DNA of 64,000 bases from Rickettsiales bacterium (GCA_028279475.1 JANQNR010000005.1:6459-70458), one strand, 5' to 3'; positions 19,339-29,939 are shown, numbered from the stretch's first letter. Translations and numbers: made by a program. Notes: generated by a model not told the origin, from the sequence alone.

Positions 19339-20424
19339 TTAAAACGCTGACTGTTTAGGGGCGACAGGCATGCCGTCACGAAGTTTGATGGTACCATCCA
19401 CCACAATATCTTCCCCTTCTGCCAGTCCTTCCAGCACTTCCACTTCACCGGGACGGCGGCTGCCGATCACCACCTGCACCTTGTTGGCAATGAGTTGACC
19501 ATCCGACCCTTTCTCTATGCGATAGACGAACTGTTTGTCGCCATCGGGTACCAAGGCTGCCTCCGGTATCAGCAATGTTTCTCGGCGTCTGGCTTCGATA
19601 TCAACCTGCATCAGTAAGCCCGGCTTGAGAAGACGCTCATCATTGGGCAAAATCGCCCGCACGATGAAAGACCGTGTCACCGGATCAATTCGGCTGTTGA
19701 TACTGGCAATGTTCCCCTGAAATTGTTTTCCATCATACGTATTCGTACGAGCAATAATGGGTAGGTCGACCTTAATCTCTCCAAGGTAGGTTGCAGGCAC
19801 CGAGAAATCGAGTTTCATCTGTGAATCATCATCCAGAGTCGTCACGATGTCGCCCGGTTCCACCAGAGCGCCGGCACTGATATTGCGTAACCCTACGACA
19901 CCGGCGAAGGGTGCAATGAGTAGACGATCTTTCAAGCGGGATTGCGTGGCTGTTAATCGTGCCTGTGCCGTTTCCATATCGCGTTTGCGCTGATCCAGCA
20001 AAGACTTTGGCGCATTGCCCTTTTGGGTCAGTGCTCGTACGCGTTTGAACTGTCTGGTTGCTTCCTCGAGCGTGGAGCGCGCTTCTTCTAGCAAGGCCTG
20101 TTCTTCTGCACTGGTCATCTCCGCCAATACATCATGTGACTCTACTCGCTGATTGTCCGTAAAGTGGATGGCGGTAATCGTTTCCGTTACATTGGCTGTG
20201 ATGTCTACTGACTCATTTGCGCGTAAGGTGCCAAGGGCTTCAATACGCTCAAAGAACGGCTTTTTCTCGACTGAGGCCAACACGACGCCTACCGGATCTC
20301 TGGCGGTTGCATCGGAGAGCGAAAGGGTCAAGATAACCAAACACAGGGTCAGTAGGCGTAATGGAAGGTAGTGCATCATGGGTGCCTTTTGTGCCGGGTT
20401 GTGCCTGACTATTTCATACTTCAT
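19339..20424 (-). CDS. RND efflux periplasmic adaptor (membrane fusion protein)
   Basis: Coiled-coil hairpin (EEQALLEEARSTLEEATRQFKRVRAL...) flanked by barrel-sandwich/beta-barrel segments, 2 nt upstream of the RND permease. Start is uncertain (20424 or 20379); the ORF-track start at 20511 overlaps the next gene. Confidence 0.85.
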   Translation of the reverse strand: MKYEIVRHNPAQKAPMMHYLPLRLLTLCLVILTLSLSDATARDPVGVVLASVEKKPFFERIEALGTLRANESVDITANVTETITAIHFTDNQRVESHDVLAEMTSAEEQALLEEARSTLEEATRQFKRVRALTQKGNAPKSLLDQRKRDMETAQARLTATQSRLKDRLLIAPFAGVVGLRNISAGALVEPGDIVTTLDDDSQMKLDFSVPATYLGEIKVDLPIIARTNTYDGKQFQGNIASINSRIDPVTRSFIVRAILPNDERLLKPGLLMQVDIEARRRETLLIPEAALVPDGDKQFVYRIEKGSDGQLIANKVQVVIGSRRPGEVEVLEGLAEGEDIVVDGTIKLRDGMPVAPKQSAF

Positions 20425-20446
20425 ATAGCAGTTTCTCTCCAGTGTT

Positions 20447-22981
20447 TTATTCATTGCGCAGATAAGACAATGGTTTGCGCCCGAATGACCGTAGGGTGAT
20501 GCTGATACCAATGAGCAGAATCAGGATGAGTGAGAGGGTCATAATGGTGAGGGAGACTTCCGGCATGGCGGCAAATGTAAAGAATCGGAATTCATCGATG
20601 ACATACCAGGAAATGGCAGTGCCAGCAGCTACGGAAATAATGCCAGAGATCATGGCAATGCCCGTATATTCGACCAGGTAGGTTTTGATAATATCCCACC
20701 GCTTTGCTCCCATCACTTTCAGTAATACAATATCATAGACACGTTGTTCCTCATTGGCGACAATGGCACCGGTCAGGACCACCAACGCCGATAAAATGGT
20801 GAAAATCGCCGTCATACGGATGGCAAGCGCCAGATTATCCGATAATGCCGATACTTGCGCCACGGCGCGGTCAACGGCAATGGGAGATACATTCGGGTAA
20901 TCCCGTGCCAGTGCCGATAACAGGTCATTACCGAACGGCAAAGAGGCGGTGGCAATATAGGAGCGTGGAAACGCGTCCAGTACGCCGGGCGATAAGATAA
21001 TAGAAAAATTCATCCGGAAATTCTGGTAATTCACCTCGCGCAGGTTGGCGATAGTTGCAGTAATTTCCTCTCCAAGTACGTTAAATGTCATTGTATCGCC
21101 GATCGTCAGTCCCATGCCTGTTGCCAGACGTTGGTCGAATGAGATGAGCGGTGCATCACGATACTGCTCCGGCCACCACTCGCCGGCTAGTAAAGTGGTG
21201 CCTCGGGGGAGGCGATTCGCGTCGCTGATTCCACGATCCCCGCGAATGGCCCAGCGCACCTCAGGCGCAATATCCACCTGTTGCACCGGGGTGCCGTTCA
21301 ATGCGACAATGTTGCCGCGTAACATAGGCGCGATGTCGATGTCGCGTCCGCCTATGCTTTCTATCAGTTCGACAAATCCGGCCTGTTGATTCGGTTGAAT
21401 GTCGATGAAGAAATGGGTGGGTGCATCCTGTGGACGTACCTCGCGGATGGACTGCTGAATATTGGCGTCAATCAGACTGATGCCCACCAGAAAGGTTAAA
21501 CCAATACCCAGCGAAATGATAGAAGGCAATGTCCGGGCACCGGGGCGATAGAGATTAGCGAGTCCGTGCCGGATCCAGAAGCGCTGCGGCCTGAGTCGGG
21601 AAACAACGCGTACAAAGAACGTGGAACAGAAGAAGAAAGCAAGTACCGTAAGCCCTGTGCTGACCACATAGATCATGGCCACGGTTCGATTATCTGCCGT
21701 CAGGATTGCGAACGCGGTCAGCAGCAGGCCAAAGAGGAGATTGATGGCAATAATCTTTCGGGAAGGCCAGCCGCTCAGTCCCAGCTTGCCCCGGAAGATC
21801 GCCGCGGGTTTGATCAGATTGACCTTGCCCAATTGCCATAATGAGAAAGTTAGCGTAATCAATAATCCAAACAGGATGGCGCGAACCAATGGTGCCCATT
21901 GAATACTGAAGACCGCATCCAGATGAATCAGTTGGTTGATAAAGCCCGTGCCCTGCCACACAATCAGCATGGCGGCACATAATGCGCCGGCAATCGCCAT
22001 GAGTGAAACCAGTAGAATCACCATCAGATAATACCAAAAGATAAAAGCATTTGTCGCTCCAATGGATTTAAGCGTAGCGATTGTAAAAAACTTTCGCTGC
22101 ATCAGTGCGTTGACACTATTGGAAATACCTACGCCACCTGCAAGCAGGGCCGTCAGTCCCGTCAGGGTCAGAAATAAGGTTAAATTGTCCAGTACCCGTT
22201 CCACCTGTGGTGCAGCCGCTTTAAAATCGCGGATGCGCCAGGCTGCTTCAGGGAAGGTTTGATCTATCTTTTCCAACCATTCCGAGGGTGCTACATCGTC
22301 ATGCAGTGCTACGCGGTAGCGATAACGCACCAGGCTCCCTGGTTGCAACAAGGTCGTGGTTTTTAATAAATCCGCATTCATCAGAGCACGTGGGCCAAAA
22401 CTGAAGGTATTCACAATGCGGTCCGGTTCCGACACAATCACGGCACGAATCGTAAAGGTCTTTCCTCCCAGCGTTAGCGTGTCTCCTACACTGGCGTTGA
22501 AGCGTTCCAATAGTTCGGGTTCGACGACAATACCACCCTGTTGCAGTGCGTGCTGTAACGGTATATTCGGTTCCAGGGTGACTGTGCCAAATAACGGATA
22601 GGCGTTGTCAACGGCCTTGAGTTCTACCAGTTGGAATGCTTCTCCTGCGGTGGCGATGGTGCGCAGCTCAATCGCCAGGGATAATTCGCCGTCGCGTTCA
22701 ATGAATGCCTGTTGTTCGTCATTCATTCCAGTATAGCTCATATACAGTTCATAATCGCCGCCAAGCAGGCTCCTGGCGTTGTTCTCCAGTGCGCCGCGAA
22801 CAATCGATGAGAGTAGCCCGACGCTGCCGATCACGGTTACGCCAAGGAAAAGACAGATGATAAACAGTCGGAATCCTTTCAACCCGTGACGTATATCTCG
22901 CAACGCATAACGCCACGCCAGCATAGGCCGTAAAGAGGATGCGTCAGGCAGCATGCCTGTTCTCGACGATGTGCCCATCAC
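20447..22981 (-). CDS. FtsX-like ABC transporter permease (YbbP-like, duplicated FtsX domains)
   Basis: 844 aa with two 4-TM FtsX-type modules separated by large periplasmic regions. It lies downstream of the ATPase gene and overlaps it. Start is uncertain (22981, 22954 or 22924). Confidence 0.85.
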   Translation of the reverse strand: MMGTSSRTGMLPDASSLRPMLAWRYALRDIRHGLKGFRLFIICLFLGVTVIGSVGLLSSIVRGALENNARSLLGGDYELYMSYTGMNDEQQAFIERDGELSLAIELRTIATAGEAFQLVELKAVDNAYPLFGTVTLEPNIPLQHALQQGGIVVEPELLERFNASVGDTLTLGGKTFTIRAVIVSEPDRIVNTFSFGPRALMNADLLKTTTLLQPGSLVRYRYRVALHDDVAPSEWLEKIDQTFPEAAWRIRDFKAAAPQVERVLDNLTLFLTLTGLTALLAGGVGISNSVNALMQRKFFTIATLKSIGATNAFIFWYYLMVILLVSLMAIAGALCAAMLIVWQGTGFINQLIHLDAVFSIQWAPLVRAILFGLLITLTFSLWQLGKVNLIKPAAIFRGKLGLSGWPSRKIIAINLLFGLLLTAFAILTADNRTVAMIYVVSTGLTVLAFFFCSTFFVRVVSRLRPQRFWIRHGLANLYRPGARTLPSIISLGIGLTFLVGISLIDANIQQSIREVRPQDAPTHFFIDIQPNQQAGFVELIESIGGRDIDIAPMLRGNIVALNGTPVQQVDIAPEVRWAIRGDRGISDANRLPRGTTLLAGEWWPEQYRDAPLISFDQRLATGMGLTIGDTMTFNVLGEEITATIANLREVNYQNFRMNFSIILSPGVLDAFPRSYIATASLPFGNDLLSALARDYPNVSPIAVDRAVAQVSALSDNLALAIRMTAIFTILSALVVLTGAIVANEEQRVYDIVLLKVMGAKRWDIIKTYLVEYTGIAMISGIISVAAGTAISWYVIDEFRFFTFAAMPEVSLTIMTLSLILILLIGISITLRSFGRKPLSYLRNE

Positions 22982-23627
22982 GCATACTGATAACCCGTCC
23001 GCAGCGATCAGCCAATGTGGCGTCGTGCGTGATCAGCAGCAGGGTGGCGCCATGTTCCTGTTGCAGGTTAAAGAGTAGTTCCATAATGCGCTCCCCGTTT
23101 TCCTTATCCAGATTGCCGGTGGGTTCATCCGCTAAAATGATGGCGGGTTTCGGTGCGAAGGCACGGGCAATGGCTACGCGCTGCTGTTCTCCTCCGGAGA
23201 GTTGGGAAGGGTAGTGTGTCAAACGATGGCCGAGGCCAACGGTTTCAAGCATTTCTGCCGCCCGATCAAAGGGGGTGGGATCGCCGGCGAGTTCCAATGG
23301 AATAGCAACATTTTCCTGTGCATTCATGGTAGGCACCAGATGAAACGACTGAAAAACAATGCCGAACAGCCGCCGCCGGAGTATGGCAAGTGCATCCTCA
23401 TTCATGTCGTTAATTATATGTCCGTCAATGCGGATCGTGCCGCCTGTCGCCTGTTCAAGACCGGCAATCACCAGAAGGGTCGACGTTTTACCTGAACCGG
23501 AAGGCCCTACCAGCGCAACGCTTTCCGCCTTGTTCACGGTAAAAGAAACCTCGTGCAGAATCTTGACGAGACCTGACGGACTCTCTAAGTCTAACGAAAC
23601 ATTCCGGAGATCAATAATGGGCTGCAT
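22944..23627 (-). CDS. ABC transporter ATP-binding protein (YbbA/LolD-like)
   Basis: Walker A GPSGSGKTS, signature LSGGEQQRVAIARA, Walker B ILADEPTGNLD. Confidence 0.95.
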   Translation of the reverse strand: MQPIIDLRNVSLDLESPSGLVKILHEVSFTVNKAESVALVGPSGSGKTSTLLVIAGLEQATGGTIRIDGHIINDMNEDALAILRRRLFGIVFQSFHLVPTMNAQENVAIPLELAGDPTPFDRAAEMLETVGLGHRLTHYPSQLSGGEQQRVAIARAFAPKPAIILADEPTGNLDKENGERIMELLFNLQQEHGATLLLITHDATLADRCGRVISMRDGHIVENRHAA

Positions 23628-24279
23628 AAACTACGTTCTGTTAAGTATAGTGATATGGGGTGCATCATACGGGGTTGCAACCTCCAGTGAAGTAAAATCG
23701 GCACCCTTAACAACGATTGTCGCGCTTGGAGATAGTTTGACGGAAGGATATGGATTGCCCCGGGAGGATGCCTATCCGGCGCAACTGGAGGCGTTACTGC
23801 AAAACGAAGGCTATGCCGTTCGGATGCTGAATCATGGGATTGCCGGCGATACCACGGCAGGAGGGCGCTCACGTATTCAACACGTATTGAAGGCTGAGCC
23901 CGATCTAGTGATTGTTGAACTGGGGCCCAATGATTTTCTGCGCGGTATTGTGCCTTCCGCCAGTAAAGCCAATCTTGAATCGATTGTGAAAGCGCTCACG
24001 GCCGCAGATGTGCGCGTGCTGCTTGTCTCCTTTAAAGCCGCGCCTAATATCGGTCCTGCCTTTAAGGCGCAGTTCGATCAGATTTTTCCTGATTTGGCGG
24101 ATACCTATAATATTCCTCTGATGTATGGGTTTTTGGATGGTGTGGCGGGTGATCCGAATTTGAACCTGGCAGATGGCATTCATCCGAACCGGCAAGGCTA
24201 TGCCATAGTCGCACGGAATGTATTCCCTTATGTGCAGCGTCTTCTTGAGCAGCGGGCGGCACAGGCTGACACCAAATAA
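23617..24279 (+). CDS. tesA: SGNH/GDSL hydrolase (TesA-like arylesterase / thioesterase I / lysophospholipase L1)
   Basis: Signal peptide followed by block I ALGDSLTEGYG and block V DGIHPN. It is divergent from the ybbA/ybbP-like genes, as in E. coli tesA-ybbA-ybbP. The ORF-track start at 23359 would run antisense through the ATPase gene. Confidence 0.85.
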   Translation: MGCINYVLLSIVIWGASYGVATSSEVKSAPLTTIVALGDSLTEGYGLPREDAYPAQLEALLQNEGYAVRMLNHGIAGDTTAGGRSRIQHVLKAEPDLVIVELGPNDFLRGIVPSASKANLESIVKALTAADVRVLLVSFKAAPNIGPAFKAQFDQIFPDLADTYNIPLMYGFLDGVAGDPNLNLADGIHPNRQGYAIVARNVFPYVQRLLEQRAAQADTK

Positions 24280-24288
24280 GTGCTAGCG

Positions 24289-24756
24289 TTAGCGCCCCGG
24301 GCCGCGGTCTTTTTCCTTGCCTTTAGGTGGCAGGGCTGGTGTCGGTGCATCGATACCCAGCCCGGCAATTCCTTTTTCCTGAAGGTTTTTGCCGAGGTTC
24401 AACACGGGCTGTAATAGCTGTGGTTGTGACAGGAACAGTGCCCGAATTTTGCGCCGTGTCTCCCGCGCCAGCATATGAGCAATGGCCTGTTCTTCATGTT
24501 CTCGGAGTTGCCGCAGGGTTTGCTGCTGTTCTGGTGTGAGGGTCTCATCTACACCGAGCTGTTCCCGTGCCAGTGTCACTTTTTCTTCAAATGCTTTAGC
24601 GATCTCCGCGCGGATATTGGCAGGGACGCTGTCCAGCAGTTCCGCCAGCGCAAGATCGATGTCTTCCTGGCCTTCGATCGTTGCGTCGGCTAGTGTTTCC
24701 AACTGATCGTCCAGTGCTGCCAGCGCATTTTGAAGTTTCTTCTTTTTCCTCATCAC
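24289..24756 (-). CDS. Hypothetical protein, helical and acidic with a basic C-terminal tail (155 aa)
   Basis: Clean ORF between tesA and trpD with plausible composition and no recognisable motif. Confidence 0.5.
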   Translation of the reverse strand: MMRKKKKLQNALAALDDQLETLADATIEGQEDIDLALAELLDSVPANIRAEIAKAFEEKVTLAREQLGVDETLTPEQQQTLRQLREHEEQAIAHMLARETRRKIRALFLSQPQLLQPVLNLGKNLQEKGIAGLGIDAPTPALPPKGKEKDRGPGR

Positions 24757-24811
24757 ATGGCTATCATACCTGCTATTGGCTTTTTGTCACGTAGCATGGT
24801 AAGACGGTACC

Positions 24812-25831
24812 ATGGGTTCCAATCAGATACAGGATATCTTAACCGAATTAGCGCATGGTCGCGACTTGTCAACGGAGCTGGCGGAGCGCGCCTTTCAGAT
24901 CATGATGACCGGTGGTGCGACGCCCGCACAGATGGGCGCATTCCTGATGGGGTTGCGTAGCAAGGGTGAGACGGTGGAAGAGATTACCGCCGGCGCGCGC
25001 GTGTTACGGCATAAAGCGCAGACCTTTGCAGCGCCGGAAGGGGCGATTGATACCTGTGGTACCGGCGGAGACGGCAAGCGCACCTTCAATATTTCCACAG
25101 CGGTGGCAATTGTGACCGCAGCGTGCGGGGTGCCGGTGGTCAAGCATGGGAATCGGGGGGTGACCTCGGCATCCGGTTCATCGGATATTCTCAGCGAGTT
25201 GGGGGTGAATATCGAGGCGACGCCGGATATATCACAGGCGGCGTTGCAGCAGACGAACCTGTGTTTTCTGATGGCACCACTTTACCATAAGGCGATGCGG
25301 CATGTGGCGCCGGTGCGTAAAGAGCTGGGGCTACGCACGATTTTCAACCTGTTAGGGCCGCTGGCTAACCCGGCTGGGACGAAGCGGCAGCTGCTTGGTG
25401 TGTATGATCGCGCCTGGGTGCGGCCACTGGCGGAGGTGTTGCATCAGTTGGGAGTAGTCAAGGCATGGGTGGTGCATGGCGCGGACGGGATGGATGAAAT
25501 CACTACCACTGATGCTACCTATGTTGCCATATTGGAACATGGCGAGATCACAGAGCGAATGATTGCCCCGGAGGAGGTTGGATTGGAGCGTGTGCCGGAA
25601 GCGGCGCTGAAAGGCGGGACGCCGGATGTCAATGCACGCGCCTTGCAGGAATTGCTGGTTGGGAGAGAGGGTGCGTACCGGGATATTGTCTTGTTAAACA
25701 CGGCAGCGGCATTGGTGGTCGCCGATGCGTGTGACTCGCTGGAAGAAGGCATGGGAAAAGCGCGTGAAGCCATTGATAGTGGCAAGGCAAGGCAGACGCT
25801 GGCTGCCTTTGCCGGGGTGACACAGCAATGA
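24812..25831 (+). CDS. trpD: Anthranilate phosphoribosyltransferase
   Basis: GETVEEITAGARV..., DTCGTGGDGKRTFNISTA, VVKHGNRGVTSASGSSD. Confidence 0.95.
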   Translation: MGSNQIQDILTELAHGRDLSTELAERAFQIMMTGGATPAQMGAFLMGLRSKGETVEEITAGARVLRHKAQTFAAPEGAIDTCGTGGDGKRTFNISTAVAIVTAACGVPVVKHGNRGVTSASGSSDILSELGVNIEATPDISQAALQQTNLCFLMAPLYHKAMRHVAPVRKELGLRTIFNLLGPLANPAGTKRQLLGVYDRAWVRPLAEVLHQLGVVKAWVVHGADGMDEITTTDATYVAILEHGEITERMIAPEEVGLERVPEAALKGGTPDVNARALQELLVGREGAYRDIVLLNTAAALVVADACDSLEEGMGKAREAIDSGKARQTLAAFAGVTQQ

Positions 25832-26619
25832 GCGATACGCTAGCGGAGATTGTGGCCTATAAGCGTGATGTTGTGATGCAGCGGCAGGCGTCCGTGTCAT
25901 TGTCCGAGTTGGAGCAGCGGACACAGAATGTTTCGCCTCCGAAAGGATTTGCCAACGCATTGAGAACGACCATTACGCAAGGCAAGCCGGCACTGATTGC
26001 CGAATTGAAGAAGGCATCGCCGAGTAAAGGGCTGATCCGGGAGGCGTTTGAGCCGGTATCACTGGCGCAGGCGTACAAGGAAGGCGGCGCAAGCTGCTTA
26101 TCGGTGCTGACCGATGAGCGGTACTTTTCCGGGTGCGATGCCTATCTGGAGCAGGTGGTGATGGCATCACCTTTACCTGTCTTGCGTAAGGATTTTATAA
26201 TCGATCCATATCAGATCGTTGAAAGCCGGGCGCTTGGTGCAGACTGTATTCTGTTGATTATGGCGGCACTGTCGGATGCGCAGGCGGTGGAGCTGGAGCA
26301 GGCCGCACTGGCGCTTGGACTGGACGTGCTGGTGGAATCGCACAATGCACAGGAGTTAGAGCGAGCGCTTATGCATCTTCAGACTGACCTGATCGGCATC
26401 AATAACCGTAATCTGAAGACATTGGCCGTGGACTTGCAGACTAGCATCGATCTGGTGTCCATGATCCCGGAAGGTACGTTGGCCATTTGTGAGAGTGGGA
26501 TTGCTACGGCAGCGGATGTAGCGCGCATGCGAGCGCATGGGTTGCATGGTTTCTTGGTAGGAGAGTCACTGATGCGGCATGCAGATGTGGCGCAGGCGAC
26601 GCGGGAGTTGCTGGCATGA
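25828..26619 (+). CDS. trpC: Indole-3-glycerol-phosphate synthase
   Basis: LIAELKKASPSKGLI, LSVLTDERYFSG, LIGINNRNLKTL. The ATGA overlaps trpD. Confidence 0.95.
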   Translation: MSDTLAEIVAYKRDVVMQRQASVSLSELEQRTQNVSPPKGFANALRTTITQGKPALIAELKKASPSKGLIREAFEPVSLAQAYKEGGASCLSVLTDERYFSGCDAYLEQVVMASPLPVLRKDFIIDPYQIVESRALGADCILLIMAALSDAQAVELEQAALALGLDVLVESHNAQELERALMHLQTDLIGINNRNLKTLAVDLQTSIDLVSMIPEGTLAICESGIATAADVARMRAHGLHGFLVGESLMRHADVAQATRELLA

Positions 26620-27722
26620 GATATATTGGGCATATCGTCATTCCGGGCTTGACCCGGAATCCATCTATCAACACGCAAGCTCCACAATGGATTCCGGGTC
26701 GCGCTCCCGCCGCCGCTTCGTTTGGGCGCGGCGAGTCGCTTGTCCGGAATGACGTCATCCGTACGTGGTTTTTTCTCTTGCTCGCTACTATCTGCTTTTT
26801 GGGTGTGTGTAGCTTGTCGACAGCCACTTATGCCCAATCCCCTCTTTGTCCTAAGCAGGAAGGGTATGTGTCGATCACGCAGCGGCCACTGGACAGTATG
26901 CTGTACCGTGTTACTGATTGCGATGGGGATACCAGCTATCTACTCGGCACACTCCATTCCAGTGACGAGAGCATTATTGACAGTATCACCTATAGTATTC
27001 CGTATCTGAAGCAATCCAAGGAAGCCTGGTTCGAGCTGGTATCGCAGCCAGGAGATCAGGCGGCAGTCACCGCAGCGATGTTATTACCAAATTCGCGCAA
27101 GCATGGTCTGAAGCATTTGCTCGGAGCCCGGGATTTCCAGACGATGGTTTCTCTGTTTCGTGCTCGTGCACCGCATGTGCCAGAAGCGTATCTGGATCGT
27201 TACAAGCCCTGGGCGGCAGCCGTGGCGTTGCAGATCATGACGATCGACACAACCGGCGTGGTTATGGATGATCAGTTGCAGGTGCTAGCAAAGCGCTATG
27301 GCGTTAAGCGCAAGGCGTTAGAAACGGTACGCAGTCAGTTTGCTATGTTCGAGCAGTTGAGTGAGCAGCAGCAACTCACCTTATTGCGTGATGCGATTGA
27401 GGGGTTTAATCAGAATGCCGCAGAAGCAGAGGAGCTAGTGGCCTATTACAAAGCAGGTGAGTTGCAGGAAATTCTGGCGCTTTCCAAGGAAACCTTTGCC
27501 CGCATGCCGGATCGGGAACTAGGGAAAACGCTGGAACAGTTCCTAGTGCATGATCGCAATGCGAAGATGGCCACATCCCTGCTGCCTTCCATGCGCCGTG
27601 GTGGTGCGTTTGTCGCCGTGGGGGCGCTGCATCTGCCGGATGCGTCCGGTCTGTTGCAAGCGCTGGAGCGTGCCGGGTTCGGGGTGGAGGCGGTGTATCC
27701 GTTGGCGGTTGGCAGTGATTAG
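26616..27722 (+). CDS. TraB/GumN-family protein (periplasmic). A palindromic repeat is embedded in the N-terminal coding region.
   Basis: LLGTLHSSDESI... and ...FVAVGALHLPDASGLL resemble GumN/TraB signatures. The ATG overlaps the trpC stop (ATGA). A signal-like segment WFFLLLATICFLGVCSLSTATYA follows the repeat, so the true start is uncertain. Confidence 0.7.
   Translation: MRYIGHIVIPGLTRNPSINTQAPQWIPGRAPAAASFGRGESLVRNDVIRTWFFLLLATICFLGVCSLSTATYAQSPLCPKQEGYVSITQRPLDSMLYRVTDCDGDTSYLLGTLHSSDESIIDSITYSIPYLKQSKEAWFELVSQPGDQAAVTAAMLLPNSRKHGLKHLLGARDFQTMVSLFRARAPHVPEAYLDRYKPWAAAVALQIMTIDTTGVVMDDQLQVLAKRYGVKRKALETVRSQFAMFEQLSEQQQLTLLRDAIEGFNQNAAEAEELVAYYKAGELQEILALSKETFARMPDRELGKTLEQFLVHDRNAKMATSLLPSMRRGGAFVAVGALHLPDASGLLQALERAGFGVEAVYPLAVGSD
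26636..26754. repeat. Palindromic MITE-like element, family B (termini CGTCATTCCGG ... CCGGAATGACG)
   Basis: 11-bp perfect terminal inverted repeats. Inner hairpin ATTCCGGG-cttga-CCCGGAAT at 26640-26660, plus a second ATTCCGGG...TCCGGAAT module at 26691-26750. Confidence 0.7.
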
Positions 27723-27817
27723 TGGGCAGTTGTCAGTATACTGCTAACCGATAGCTGCTAACACCTCATCCTGCTTTCACGGTTGCGCACACACAGCGTG
27801 GCTGGTACATCAGAGAT

Positions 27818-29017
27818 ATGAATCAAGAGATGACGGGTAAGACCTATCTGTTAACGGGCGGAGCCGGCTTTATTGGCTCTTGCGCCGTAGGTATGCTGGT
27901 GGAGCGTGGTGCGAAGGTGATTGTGCTAGATGCACTGACCTATGCCGGGTTTGAAGAGAATTTGCGCTGGATTGACGAGCAGGGTTATCCTGGCTCGTAT
28001 GAGCTGGTGCGCGGCGCGATCGAAGACGGCGCGTTGGTGGCCTCGCTATTGCTGGAGCATCAGCCGGACGCTGTACTGAACTTTGCCGCCGAATCGCATG
28101 TTGATAACTCCATCGCCAACCCGGCAGCGTTTATCCAAACCAATGTGGTGGGGTGCTATACCATGCTGGAAGCCAGCCGCGCCTATTGGGCGGCGTTGGA
28201 AGGTGAGAAGCGGGAAGTATTCCGCTTTGTGCAAGTCTCCACCGATGAAGTGTTTGGCGAGCTGGGTGCGGAAGGGAAATTCCATGAAGCCTACCCAATG
28301 CAGCCAAATTCTCCCTATTCCGCATCGAAAGCGGCGGGCGATCATCTGGCGCGTGCCTGGGGACATACCTATGGGATGCCGGTGATCGTTACTAACTGCA
28401 CCAATAATTACGGACCACGCCAATTCCCGGAAAAACTGATCCCGTTGATGATTACGCGGGCGCTGGAAGGTGGCGAATTGCCGGTCTATGGCGATGGTCG
28501 TAATGTACGCGACTGGATTCATGTGGAAGATCATAGTGCCGGGGTGGTGCTGGCGCTGCTGAAGGGAGTGCCGGGCGAAACCTATTGTTTTGGCGGCGAT
28601 GCCGAAAAGACCAACCTTGATGTCGTGCATGCGCTGTGCGATACGCTGGATGGGCTGCGACCACGCGCCGATGGGCAGTCGTACCGGACACAAATTCGTT
28701 TTGTAGAAGACCGCGCCGGGCATGATTTCCGCTATGCGATGGATGACAGCAAGGCACAGCGGGAGCTTGGCTTCACCCGCAAGCACACCTTCGATGCTGG
28801 GTTGCAAGCGACCGTGGAATGGTATCTGGCCAATACGGATTGGTGCCAGACTGTCACCAGTCGTGATGTCCACTCCCCCCTTGCGGGGGAGTCCAAGAGG
28901 ACAACGTCCGATTGGGTGGGGGGTCATAAAAGTAGTATCCATTATTCTGCCCCCCACCGAATCGCCTCCGGCTCTTCGACTCCCCCGCAAGGGGGGAGTA
29001 GTCAGGAGGTGGGATGA
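27818..29017 (+). CDS. rmlB: dTDP-glucose 4,6-dehydratase; the C-terminal ~45 aa are encoded by a palindromic repeat
   Basis: [21 protein letters not shown] and [11 protein letters not shown] are canonical RmlB. After ...CQTVTSRD the ORF continues through repeat E1 to the TGA that overlaps the rmlA ATG. Confidence 0.92.
   Translation: MNQEMTGKTYLLTGGAGFIGSCAVGMLVERGAKVIVLDALTYAGFEENLRWIDEQGYPGSYELVRGAIEDGALVASLLLEHQPDAVLNFAAESHVDNSIANPAAFIQTNVVGCYTMLEASRAYWAALEGEKREVFRFVQVSTDEVFGELGAEGKFHEAYPMQPNSPYSASKAAGDHLARAWGHTYGMPVIVTNCTNNYGPRQFPEKLIPLMITRALEGGELPVYGDGRNVRDWIHVEDHSAGVVLALLKGVPGETYCFGGDAEKTNLDVVHALCDTLDGLRPRADGQSYRTQIRFVEDRAGHDFRYAMDDSKAQRELGFTRKHTFDAGLQATVEWYLANTDWCQTVTSRDVHSPLAGESKRTTSDWVGGHKSSIHYSAPHRIASGSSTPPQGGSSQEVG
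28872..28999. repeat. Palindromic MITE-like element, family A, copy E1
   Basis: Termini ACTCCCCCCTTGCGGGGGAGT (28872-28892) and ACTCCCCCGCAAGGGGGGAGT (28979-28999) are exact reverse complements. Internal inverted pair CGATTGGGTGGGGGG / CCCCCCACCGAATCG. Confidence 0.8.
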
Positions 29018-29919
29018 AAGGCATCATTTTAGCCGGTGGTGCAGGGACGCGCTTATGGCCGCTCACCACCACGATCAGCAAGCAATTACTGCCGGTCTAT
29101 GACAAGCCGATGATCTATTACCCGCTTTCCGTATTGATGCTGGCGGGTATCCGAGAGGTGTTGATTATCTCTACGCCACGGGATCTGCCGATGATTGAGG
29201 CATTATTGGGCACGGGGGAACGGCTGGGGATGCGGCTGGAATATGCCGTGCAGCCGGAGCCGCAAGGCATTGCCCAGGCGTTCCTTATTGGGGAACAGTT
29301 TATTGCCGATGATCCGGTCTGCCTGATTCTTGGCGACAATATTTTCTATGGCCATCAGCTGGCCACGAAAACGGCACAGGTCGCGCAGGCATTGCAGACA
29401 GGTGCGAGTGTGTTTGCCTATCGCGTGCATGACCCGGAGCGCTATGGTGTTGTGACATTTGATGCATCGGGCAAGGCGCTCTCGATTGAAGAAAAGCCGA
29501 AACAGCCGAAATCGCACTGGGCGGTGACAGGACTGTATTTCTATGATCCGGACGTAGTTGGGATTGCCAAAAATCTGAAGCCGTCAGCGCGTGGGGAACT
29601 GGAAATCACCGATGTCAATCTGGCCTATCTGGAGCGCGGCGATTTATCGGTGGAACTGTTGGGGCGCGGGGTGGCGTGGCTCGATACTGGCACGTTTGAT
29701 TCCTTGCAGGAAGCCGGGCAGTTCGTCCAGACGATCGAAAAACGGCAGGGACAGAAAATCGCTTGCATTGAAGAGGTGGCCTACCGTAAGGGGTTTATTG
29801 ATCGAGCGCAGTTGCTGGCACTGGCAGAGGCGACCGGCCAGCCACGCCGCGCCGGCAGTGCAACCTATGGCGGGTACCTGCATACTATCGCTGAGGACGA
29901 TCAGCCGAGTGGGTTGTAA
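29014..29919 (+). CDS. rmlA: Glucose-1-phosphate thymidylyltransferase
   Basis: [18 protein letters not shown]..., [34 protein letters not shown]. Confidence 0.95.
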   Translation: MKGIILAGGAGTRLWPLTTTISKQLLPVYDKPMIYYPLSVLMLAGIREVLIISTPRDLPMIEALLGTGERLGMRLEYAVQPEPQGIAQAFLIGEQFIADDPVCLILGDNIFYGHQLATKTAQVAQALQTGASVFAYRVHDPERYGVVTFDASGKALSIEEKPKQPKSHWAVTGLYFYDPDVVGIAKNLKPSARGELEITDVNLAYLERGDLSVELLGRGVAWLDTGTFDSLQEAGQFVQTIEKRQGQKIACIEEVAYRKGFIDRAQLLALAEATGQPRRAGSATYGGYLHTIAEDDQPSGL

Positions 29920-29939
29920 TGATAAAAAAGGGGTCTCAT

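Noticed and set aside
23359-23616. N-terminal extension of the tesA-like ORF (ORF-track start 23359)
   Set aside because: The extension runs antisense through the ABC ATPase gene. A signal peptide and the GDSL block begin right after the ATG at 23617.
28046-28990. 314-aa ORF on the minus strand inside rmlB
   Set aside because: It is antisense to a gene with unmistakable RmlB motifs. It is Arg/Gly/Pro-rich, as expected for a shadow ORF in GC-rich coding DNA, and has no motif or RBS.
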